A stretch of DNA of 64,000 nucleotides from Cetorhinus maximus (Eukaryota), in assembly GCF_964194155.1 (NCBI RefSeq), contig NC_135907.1:9734001-9798000 (forward strand). Direction: 5' to 3'. Made by a program: the position numbers and the translations under genes. The notes below the pieces were generated by a model. It worked only from the letters and a program-made list of their open reading frames with translations. It made no database searches and had not been told where the DNA came from. Within the stretch, counting starts at the first letter, position 1; each line of letters starts with the position of its first letter. Positions 41,601 through 53,600 of the stretch are shown here, piece after piece.

Positions 41601-44600
41601 ATGCCAGTCTACAGCAGAATGCAGTTAATACCCAGGCTTGTGCTGACATGTGGCAGGTAACATTTACATGAAGTAATGGCCAACTTGGGGAATAGAAAGT
41701 CCAGTCACCTCAACGTCAAGCCCCCCACCATCAACATCAGGCACCACTGGTCAGGAGCTTAACGCAGCCAACCATACCAATAGCTTGGTTGCAAGGGCAG
41801 GGCAGAGACTAGATACTCCATGATGAGTGGCTCACCTCCTGTCACCTCAAGTCCCTCCACCATCTACAAGGCTCAAGCCAGGAGCGTGATTGAATAATCA
41901 CCACTTACTGCTCGTGGGTGGAACTGCAGCAATACTTAAGAAGCTTGACACCATCCTCAACATAGCCTGTCACTCCAATCACTATCCTTCTCCTCTGACG
42001 CAGTATGTACGATCTACAGGACAAAGTTACTAACAGCTCCTTGATCAACAAGGACAAGAGCAGGAATGGGGAGAGCCATCAACTCCAAGTCATACACCAT
42101 CCTGACCTAGCCATATATAACTGTTCCACCATTGTTGCTAGGCCAGAATTCGGGAATTCCCTCCTTAACAGCATTAAACATCACCACATGGACTGCAGTG
42201 GTTCAAGAGATCCACCAGCAGCTTCTTAGGGCAACTATGTGGTTGTGTCAGTATCACTCAAATCCTCAGAGCTAATTAAAAAGAATTACAAAATATGTAT
42301 TTAATGCATAACGTGTAGGTGAGATTGATATCCAATTAATTTTCTTCATAAAGACTGCTGGCGTGGTTACTGAACCAAGCCTGTGTCAATGCAGGAAACC
42401 ATTAAATTACCTTGATCAGAAAGCATTACAGGTCTAAGTAAGTGACTCTTACTGTTATGCATCCTGTAAATTAATTGACATATCTGCAACAAGTGGTGTG
42501 GCGTTGCAGCAAGGAGCCTGGACCTTCATTTCACATTACCTAAAGCAGTTGCGATGATAAAGTTTCCCATCCACCAAATATCTCTGTACCAAGTGAACGT
42601 GTTTGCTGCAAATTGCACATTTGCTGCTGAGCGTGTTCCAAGAGGGCCTTGCTGCAGTTTTTTCTGAGGAATCACTCTGGTGGATAAAGGACATGGAGAT
42701 TAGGAATGACACACTGTCAGTACTAAACACTTCAGAGTATGGAGAAGCAGACTGATAGCCACTCTCTTACAAGGTGAATTATATAGTATACAGCACAGAA
42801 ACAAGCCATTCAGCCCAACTGGTCCATGCTGGTTTATGCTCTGTATTAGCCTCCTTCCATCTAACACTATCAACATATTCTTCTATTCCTTTCTCCCTCC
42901 TGTGTTTACCCAGCTGCATCTTTGTGACTTATCTCAACCACTCTCTGTGGTAGCAAGTTCCACATTCTAATCACTCTCTGGGGAAAAGGTTTCTCCTTCA
43001 CGAATTCACTATTAGATTAGTGACTAATATTTATTATTAATATTCCCCCACAAATAGTAACATCTCTATATGCACCCTGTAAACCTTTTCATATTTTTTA
43101 AGACCTCTTATCAAGTCACCCCTCACAGCCTTCTCTTTTCTAGAGAGAAAAACATACAAATAAGGAGTAGGCCATTCGGCCCCCTGAGCCTGTTCTGCCA
43201 TTCAATAAGATCATGGCTGATCTGATAGTTAACATCAAATCTGCATCCCACCTACCCCTGATAACCTACGAACCCCTTGCTTACCAAGAATCTATCCAAC
43301 TCTGCCTTTTCAGGCAGAGAGTTCCAAAAACCCGTGACCCTCAGGAAAAATTTCACCTCATCTCCGTTTTAAATGAGCAACCTCTTATTTTTAAACAGTG
43401 ACTCCTAGTTCTAGAAGTGCCCTAGCCTATTCAATCTTTCATAATAATTATAACCTCTCAGTTCTGATCTTGATATCCTGTTTATAATTGAGACCAGACT
43501 ATGCAGAGTGGAAATTAACTGCACAGCAGATTGTGTTCAAGGGAATGCAATCACCTGGAGTGAGGGATGGCTAGGGGCATCTCCTTTGCAGAACAAAGGA
43601 TGTTACATTTTGGAAATTCCTATCAGTTAAGTGTCACAGAATATAAACCAGCAACTATGAATCTGCTTCAGTGGATTTGACAGTTTTACACTCATATAGT
43701 GAGCCTTAGGCCAATTCTTCAGCTCACTTGATCTAATAATTTAGCTCTGCATTGCAGTGGGACCTCCCTGGTGCTTAGAGACCATTTTTCTCCACCATCC
43801 GAGCACCAAGCTAGCAGAGCAGACTACTGCCCTTTATAGAACCCACCTCATTTTTCAAGCCATTGCATGGAACAGAAATGAAAATCAGATGAGTTCAATA
43901 ACAGGCCTGCAAGGCGCCCCAGCCCAACCCTGTTCCCTTCCACACCAAAGCCAGATTACTGCCCAGGTTGTTAAAGACAAAACACTGCCACATGTTCAAC
44001 CCATAACCTCAGTTGAAGAATTCTGATGAAAAACACTCCAAGAATTTCAAAAACAATTAAGGTTAGGCTTACAACAGATGAATGTAACTAAAAATATTAT
44101 CTCAGCCTTATGCTACGTTTGCTTCTTCTTAACCTAATCTAAATAATACTGCTCTGGTAACCTTTGCAACAGTGGAGAGGCAGTATTATTTCTGTAGCAC
44201 ATTGCAATGGCAGAAGGATTCACTGTTTGCTGGTTATACACTGAGCCCAATCACTTTGTGCATTAAGGTCGCCATTTTACATAGAATTACATTGAATTTG
44301 CAGCACAGGAACAGGCCATTTGGCCCAACTAGTTTATACACCACGTCTCATCCCACTCCATCCACCTCATCTCAGTTTTTCAGCATATCTTTCTATTCCC
44401 TTTTTTCTCATGTACTCATCTAGTTTCCTTTTGAAAGCATCTAAGCTAATTGCCTCAACCATCTTGACATTCTAACCACCCTGAGTAGAACTATTTCTCA
44501 AGTACCTATTGGATTTGTTAGTAACTACCTTGCATATATGGCTCCTAGTTTTGGATCTTCCCACAGGTAGAACCTTTCAACCTCTCTGTCCAATCCATTC

Positions 44601-47600
44601 ATAATTTTAAAGATCTTAATAAGGTTACCTGGTCTAAAGAAAAAAAGCACTTAATTGTTCAAGATAAAAGCAAAGAACTGCGGATACTGGAAATCCAAAA
44701 CAAAAACAAAAACAAAACTACCTGGAAAAACTCAGCAGGTCTGGCAGCATCAGTGGAGAAGAGCACAGCTGACATTTCGAGTCCTCATGACCCTTCAAAA
44801 GAACTAAGTAAAAATAGAAAAGGGGTGAAATATAAGCTGGTTTAAGCGGGGGGTGGGGGGGGGGGGGAGAGACGGCAAGTAGAGCTGGATAGAGCGCCAG
44901 TGATAGGTGGAGATAACCAAAATATGTCACAGACAAAAGGACAAAGAGGTATTGAAGGTGGTGATATTATCTAAAGGAATGTGCTAGTTAAGGGTAGAAA
45001 GCAGGACAAGCAAGATACAGATAGCCCTAGTGGGGGTGGGGTGGGGTGAAGGAATCTAAAAAGACTAAAAGGTAGAGATAAAACAATGGATGGAAATACA
45101 TTTAAAAATAATGGAAATAGGTGGGAAAAGAAAAATCTATATAAATTATTGGAAAAAACAAAAAGGAGGGGGGAAAAACGGAGAGGGGGTGGGGATGGAG
45201 GAGAGAGTTCATGACCTAAAATTGTTGAACTCAATATTCAGTCCGGAAGGCTGTAAAGTGCCTAGTCGGAAGATGAGGTGCTGTTCCTCCAGTTTGCGTT
45301 GAGCTTCACTGGAACAATGCAGCAAGCCAAGGACGGACATGTGGGCATGAGAGCAGGGTGGAGTGTTGAAATGGCAAGCGACAGGGAGGTCTGGGTAATG
45401 CTTGCAGACAGACCGAAGGTGTTCTGCAAAGCGGTCACCCAGTCTGCGTTTGGTCTCTCCAATGTAGAGGAAACCGCATTGGGAGCAACGAATGCAGTAG
45501 ACTAAGTTGAGGGAAGTGCAAGTGAACTGCTGCTTCACTTGAAAAGAGTGTTTGGACCCTTGGTCGGTGAGGAGAGGGGAAGTGAAGGGGCAGGTGTTGC
45601 ATCTTCTGCGGTTGCATGGGAAGGTGCAGTGGGAGGGGGTTGAGGAGTAGGGGGTGATGGAGGAGTGGACCAGGGTGTCACGGAGAGAACGATCCCCACG
45701 GAATGCCGCCAGGGGGGGTGAAGGGAAGATGTGTTTGGTGGTGGCATCATGCTGGAGTTGGCGGAAATGGCGGAGGATGATCCTTTGAATGCGGAGGCTG
45801 GTGGGGTGATAAGTGAGGACAAGGGGGACCCTATCATGTTTCTGGAGGGTGAGGGCGCGCACCTCCCACGCATCCGCCCTCACACCTTCTCCTCCCTCCC
45901 AGAAACATGATTGCTGCATTGTTCCAGTGAAGCTCAACGCAAACTGGAGGAACAGCACCTCATCTTCCGACTAGGCACTTTACAGCCTTCCGGACTGAAT
46001 ATTGAGTTCAACAATTTTAGATTATGAACTCTCTCCTCCATCCCCACCCCCTTTCCGTTTTTTCCCCCTCCTTTCTGTTTTTTCCAATAACTTATATAGA
46101 TTTTTCTTTTCCCACCTATTTCCATTATTTTTAAATGTATTTCCATCCATTGTTTTATCTCTACCTTTTAGCCTTTTTAGATTCCTTCACCCCACCCCAC
46201 CCCCACTAGGGCTATCTGTCACTTGCTTGTCCTGCTTCCTACCCTTAACTAGCACATTCCTTTAGATAGTATCACCACCTTCAACACCTCTTTGTCCTTT
46301 TGTCTGTGACATATTTTGGTTATCTCCACCTATCACTGACCCTCTATCCAGCTCTACTTGTCCCCCCCAAACCTTAAACCAGCTTATATTTCACCCCTTT
46401 TCTATTTTTACTTAGTTCTGTTGAAGGGTCATGAGGACTTGAAACGTCAACTGTGCTCCTCTCCACCGATGCTGCCAGACCTGCTGAGTTTTTCCAGATA
46501 TTTTTGTTTTTGACTTAATTGTTCAATCTTTCCCAAAAGCTGTAATCTCTCCATTTGGTACCATCTTTAAAATTTTTTTTGCACTTCCTCCGGTACTTCT
46601 CCGTCTTTTTATAGTATGGAGTCCAGAACTGTGCATAGTTCTCTGTGATCTGACTATGATCATGTAACAAGTTTAACATAACTTCAATACTTTTGAATTC
46701 TCTACCCCTAGAAACAGAACACCAGTTTGTTAGCATTTTAATTACTTTGCGGACATGGGAGGCTGCTTTTAATGATTTGTTCACCTGTATCCCTAAATCC
46801 CTTTACCTTTGCAACCCATTCAGTTTATTTTCCACCCCATTCAATTTATTTTCTAAGATGTAGGTGACATTTTTATTTTTCCTACCAAAGCGCATCACCT
46901 CACATTTATCTGTGTTAAAGTTCACTTCACACTTAAGTGCCCAGTCTGCAAGTTTTCTAATGTTTTCTTGTATCATGCTGCATTTCTCTCCCACCCCCAC
47001 AGTTTGGTATCATCTGCAAATTTTGATCTCGAGTTACTTGTTGCTCAGTCAAATATAATGTAAATTATGAATATCATGAGAGCATTGATCCTTGCAGAAC
47101 ACTGCTTTCTACCTTCCTCCAATGTGAATAAACACTCATTACCCTAAGTCTCTGTTTTCTATCCTTTTTAGCCAATTTGCTATCCATTCAGCTATTTGTC
47201 CCATGATTCCACATGCCCAAAATTTTGTCATGAGCCCACTGATGTGGTACCTTATTGAAGGAAATTCAAGTATATGACATCCATTACAATACCCTTGTCT
47301 ATTCTTTCCGTTACCTCTCGAAAGCAACATATTAAGTTAGTTGAGTATGACTCAGCCTTTAGGAATCCGAGGAGCTGACTATTTTCTGTTATATTTCCTG
47401 CCTTTAGTCTAGATGCTCTTCTATCACTTCTTTTAGTTTGGATTCTAGTATATTTCCTACCTGACGCTAAGCTGACTGGTCTACAATTCCCAGATTTTGC
47501 TTCACAAGAAGTATAGACTGGCCATTGGAAGCTTTACCTTTTGAGATTAGCAAGTGAGAAATATTGGTTGAGAGGTCCAAACTGTAACTGTATGGTGCGA

Positions 47601-50600
47601 TAGAATCTGTGATTTCGAAGCTTGTATTTTTTTTGAGACAGACCCTAATTGAAAAGGGAAACTGAAAAGAGGAACTGACCTTCCTAGAAACAAAGACTTG
47701 AAAGTGAGATGGGAAACCAAAACGTCTGGAAAACTGAAACTGGTTGAAACATACAAAAGGACACAGAGCCATCAGAGTTCAGAGGATGATCCCAGTGGTG
47801 CAGTACAGGCAGGTTGAAGGCAACGGAGGCTAGATCCAGAAGCTAAGATTCGGCAAATATACAGTTGCTGCATCTGTTTCTGTTAATTGAAGATAACATT
47901 GGTGGATCTACACCATCCAGACCATCGTAAGTAGAGTTGAGGAGGTTCTACAGAAAATGTGCAAATTTTGGTGAAGACCCTGCCCGTGGAACTCAAGTTG
48001 ATTGTGCGCTGCTGTCAATTAAAGATCAGGCTAAATCCTAGAATAGGAGCTGAAAATCTTTGTGTGAGAGACAAGAGTTTTGAAGGACTTCGTGACAAGA
48101 TTGATGACATATATGCTGAGTGAACTGCCAATCCAATCCGTAAAGTCTGTCTTAGTTGTATCTGCCATTTAATGTGTAATTTATAGTCTATAATCAACTT
48201 CAATTTGCCTGTTAATCCAGAGTTTAGAGTATAGGAGAGTACCTAAGGTAGTACAGTAAAAATTCTGTTATCCGGCACTCTAACAACCTGAATTCTCTAT
48301 TAACTGGGATTCTAGGGTGGGGTCTGTTTTTTGACTGGAAATGTCAAACTCACTGGTAATTGCTATCTGTGGCTTGTCCTCATTCCAGTCTCAGCCTCCC
48401 ACTGTTCTGTAGCACCATCTCCACTCGGTGCCCTCACTCAATTTGTGCGCTCCAGCACCTCTCGCAAGACCTCTACACCAGCATGATCATCCTGGAGCTT
48501 TTTGATTAGATGAAAACGTGGAACTTGCTTTATACCTTAGTTAACTGGCATATTTAATTAACTGGCACCTCCCATTCCCGGAGCATGTCAGATAACAGAA
48601 ATTTTCCTTTATTTCGTGTTTGCTTTGCTTGACTCTTGTACAGTAAAAATTCTTTTGTTTAAACCGTGGAATCTTATAGCTTCATTCTTTCAGTAAATAA
48701 CTGGGATTTGATTTCTTTTTTTTAAAAAAAGATATTGGTTTCGACCGAGATCATAGCAATGGTCCATAGTACCAATTCCAACCCCTTGGCTCTCCTGCCC
48801 ATATTCTATCCCTCACCCATCATCCCATTCACACTAACCTATATTGGCTCAGCATCCTCTTAATACCTTAAATTTAAAATTCTCATCCTCCAGTTCAAAT
48901 CCCTTCATGGCCTCACCGCTCCCTATCTCTGTAAACTCGAACTCTACCCACTTCCCACCTCATCATTCTCAGAACTCTCCATTCCTTTGACTGGCATTTT
49001 CTGCATCCCCTCCCTTGTGCTCCAACATAGATGATTGTGCCTTCAGTCACCTTGGTCCCTACCTTGAACCCTTCGCTTTTCCATAGCCTCTTCCTCCTTT
49101 AAGATCCCCCTTAAAATCTACCTTTTTTCTGCTAACACCTCTGCCTTTGGCTCAGCATCCATTTTTAGATCATGCCTTTGTCAAGCCCCCAGATGTTTTT
49201 CTGAACTAAAGGTGCTATAGAAATACAAATTGTTGTGAATGTGATTACAAGGATAATGTGATTGTTAACGAATAATGTAATTTCCATGATAGTTAATAGG
49301 ATTACCAGAGTCAAGTTATCCAACTTGCTGATCACTAACACAGACTCACATTTGGTGAGAAGACTTGTTTGCTCACAGTGACCGCTTTCTTGATCGATGG
49401 CTCTGAAGGTGATATTTCAGCCGGTCTCTTCATGGAGGGGGGAACACCAGCTACAGAAAAAAAAGTAACGTTACCTTGGAGTCTTCAAAATCCTAACTGA
49501 CCAGTTAGCGAACATAATTTGCCTCATATGATGGTCTCTATTCTCACAGCTGTTTGGCAGGGTCCACTCTCTCGCAATAAAGGCACTACATCATGAGAAG
49601 AACGATAGATTACCAGAACAGCAGGAGATGGCAGCACAAATGGCAATAGTGCATTGGTCGTCAGCCTAAACAATTGATTAATTTCAATATTATTCAACAA
49701 TTTTATTTGTTCTTGGGCTGTATCTCTGGCAGGGTTAGCATTTATTGCCCATACCTATTTTCCCCCCCGAGAAGATGGTAGTGAGTCACCTTTTTGAGCA
49801 ACAGCATTGACGTACGTATACCCACAATGCTGTTAGGGAGTTGCAGGATTTTGGCCCAGCAACAGTGAAGGAATGGTAATACAGTTCCAAGTCAGAATGG
49901 TGTGTGAATTGGAGGGAAATTTGCAGGTGATGGTGTTCCCATGAGTCTGCATTCCCATGGTGCCCTGAAACTCTCTGTGCCCCAAGATTCTGCTGTAACA
50001 ATCTCAAGGGAATATGGCCATGAAGGTGGGTGCCAATGAGCCCAGGAGCTACATGCGAGCAGATAGGGAGCTCAAGTTCCACTCCAAAACTCGAGGGCAT
50101 TGTCTAAGCTGTCATTTCAGTACTACGTGCAGTGCTGAGGGAGTGCTGCACTGTCAGAGGCACTGTCTTTTAGAGGGGGCACCTATTTTTTTCAAGTGGA
50201 TATTAAAGATTCCATTGGACTATTTGAAGTGCAGCATGAAGTTATAAAAGAATAGAATTGTACAGCACAGGAGGCCATTCGACCTTTCAAGTAAGTACTG
50301 GCTCTTTCCAAGGGCAACCCAGTGAGTTCCTGCTCATTCCCCGAACCCCTCCACTGGTTCCTTTTTCAAATATTTATCCAAACCTCCCCTTGAAGGTTCC
50401 TATTGACTCTATATCCATCAACCTATCAGGTTAAAATCAAGCATTCCAAACCTAGTCAGCAAACCATCCAAAGGTTTTCCTCATGACACCTCTGGTTCTT
50501 CTGGCAATCACCTTAAATCTGTGCCCTCCAGTTATCAACTCTTCAGCCACTGGATATAGTTTTTTCTTTATTTATTCTATCTCAATACTGCTATCAAATC

Positions 50601-53600
50601 TTCTCTTAGTCTTCTTTGCTCCTAGGAGAACAACCCCAACATCTCCAGTCTATCCTCGGAACTGTAATCCCTCATCCCTGAGATCATTCTAGTAAATCTC
50701 TTCTGCACCCTCTTCAAAAACCTTCACTGAAATAAATTTTGAACATGCAGAGTAATATTTGAACTCAATAAAATATTGAAAAAATTGATTGCATCTTTCA
50801 CAGTAACAAATTTTAATTTACCATTAAATTGTCTTTTGTGCCTTTTAATACCTTAATTGGAGTTTCTAAAATCAAGGTCTCAGTCTAGCTCAAAAGATAG
50901 GTTTCAGCTGATGTTTTTTTCTCACTTCAACAATGTGTATTTATATAGCGTTGTAATGTAGTAAAATGTCCCAAAGTGTTATATAGGTGCATTATAAAAC
51001 AAAATTTGATGCAGAACCACATAAGGAAGTATTTGGACTGGTGACCAAAGGCTTGGTCAAAGAGATAAGTTTTAAGGGAAATCTTCAGAGGTAAAGGAGT
51101 AGAGAGGATTTTTGGAGGGAATTCCAGAGTTTAGGGCCCCCATGGCAGCTGAAGCAAAGCTGTTCATGGTGGAGTGATGAAAACTCGGGACACACAAGAT
51201 GTCAGAGAATTGGAGGAGTGCAGAGTTCTCCAGGATTACGGCGATTGGGAGGGGTGAAGCCTTGGAAGGGTTTGTAAACAAGAATTTTAAAATCAAGATA
51301 TGACTAGACTGGGAGGCAATTTAGGTCAGTGAGCACAAGGGGGATAGACGAATAAACTTGGCGCGAGTTTGGATACGGTTAGAATTTTCCATAATCTGAA
51401 GTTTACTGAGGGTGCAAGGTGGGAGACTGGCTGGGAGAGGATTGGAATAATCAAATCTAGAGGTACAACGTTATATATAATGGCTTTTTGCAGATGAGAC
51501 GAGGCAAAGGGGGTGACAAACGATGTTATGGAGATTGAAGTAGGCAGTCTTGATGATGGACAGCATATGGGGTCAGAAGCTCAGCACAGGTCAAGTAGGA
51601 CATCAATGTTGTGAACAGTCTGGTCCAGCCTCAAACAGTGGTCAGGGAAAGTAATGAAGCCAGTGGCTAGTGAACAGAGCTTGTGGAAGGGACTGAGGAG
51701 AATGGCTTTGGTTTTCCCAATATTAATCGGAGAAAATTTCTGCTCATCTAGTAGTGGATGTCAGTCAAGAGGTCTGACAAATCAGAGACAGTGAAGGAGT
51801 TGAGAGAGATAATGGCAAGGTAAAGCTGGGTATTGTCAGCGCACATGTGAAATCTGACCTTGAGTTTTCAGATGATGTCGTTGAGGTGTGGCATGTAGAT
51901 GAGAAATAGGGGTGTGATTTGTCAGACCTCTTGACTGACATCCACTACTAGATGAGCAGAAATTTTCTCCGATTAATATTGGGAAAATCAAAGCCATCCT
52001 TGGCGTACTCCAGGCAAAACGGTGCAGGAAGAGAAGTTATCGTAAGTGATTCAAATTTTTTTTAAAGGGACCATAGAAAGACAGTTCAGCAAATTTGATG
52101 GAGACTGAGCAAAGGATAAGGGGAGGGAAGGGACAATACAAGTATTTTGGCATCGACTGAACAGATACAAATGTAACCAGACAAGGGGAGTCCAACCTAC
52201 CTGGACCAAGGATGAGAGTTATTAGAGGAAGATGTTGTGGTGAACCGTATCCAAGCCTACAGACAGGCAAAGAACGTTGAGGTGGGATAGCTTACCACAG
52301 TCATACAGGGCATGAATTGGGATGTTAATTAAGAGCTGTTTCAATACTGTGGCAGGGGTGGAAACCTGATTGGAGGGATTCACACTTGGAGTTGCGGGAA
52401 AGCTGGGCACAGATTTGGGAAACGACAATTTCAAGGACTTGAGAGGAAAGAGGTTGGAAATAGGGTGGTAGTTTGCAAGAGGTGGTGATGATGACAGACC
52501 TGAAAGGGGGGTGGTGGTGAAGAGAAAACAGTACCCAAGGAGAGAGGGCCATTAACAATTTGAGCTAACATGCGAGCCACAAAGGCAAGTTGGACGGTCA
52601 GCAGTTAATCCAGTCAGATATGCATACCGATCATGCAGAGTTTATAGAATTTCCAGCATGCAATCTATATAAATTTTGAAGATCGGAAGCACGGGTCTTC
52701 TTATCCTCTCGTGCGTTGAAAGTTAATTTAGAACGTTAGAAAGCCGAGTGGTTACTGTCCAGGCTCACACAACATATTATAAATAGTCAAGGGTAAGAAG
52801 GTCATCTGTCCATCAGCATACCTCTAATTTTTTTTTTAAAGAGTGCACAGGCAGTTTAAGCATGTGGTTCCTTGAATTTTTCTTGTGCGGCTGTACACGC
52901 GTGGTAGCTTAAAAGAGCAGACTTGTGAGAGATCTACATGGGAACTTTCAGGTGACCACACAGGATATTACTGTCCAAAGAAGCACGCCTCACATCAGCA
53001 GATTGATTCACGTGGTGCTTATGTTTAGTAAGCTGTATTCAATGACATAACTGACGATAGAATCCCTTCTAAGAACTTGCACATTAGCTACCTGGGTGAA
53101 AGTGCCAGCAGGCAGGCAGCACCTGCGGAACTGGCAGGACTCAGTGTCTTTGAGGAGGAAATTAGGAAACATCGAGAGTGAATATTAATGACTTGTAGAA
53201 TCATGAAGTGCACGAGAAATGTGAAAAACCATTTATAAATGAATGTACAGGGTGCTTCCATTTCTCAAAAACTGTTTTGATCTCGCCAAAGAAATTGGTA
53301 GAGAGATTAATAACCATGAAACTGAGACCAAAATTAATGCTGAGTAACAGGCAACTTTTGAGAGTCTACAAATATCGCTTCCTCCTTCTGTCAGCTGAAT
53401 GCGGGGGAGCTCCTTGGTTGCTGCTACTTTGAGATTGTTAGCCCACTGGATCAAGCTGACATATGTTCATTCCCCCACCCTTTCGTGTCTCTGGTGGCAT
53501 TACACCTGTAAAAGGAATCAGTAGTGGCCTGGAAAACTTTATTGGGCAAGCTTGATGACAGAAAAAACTGCGACCAACATTGGCAGACAAAACCTGAGGC

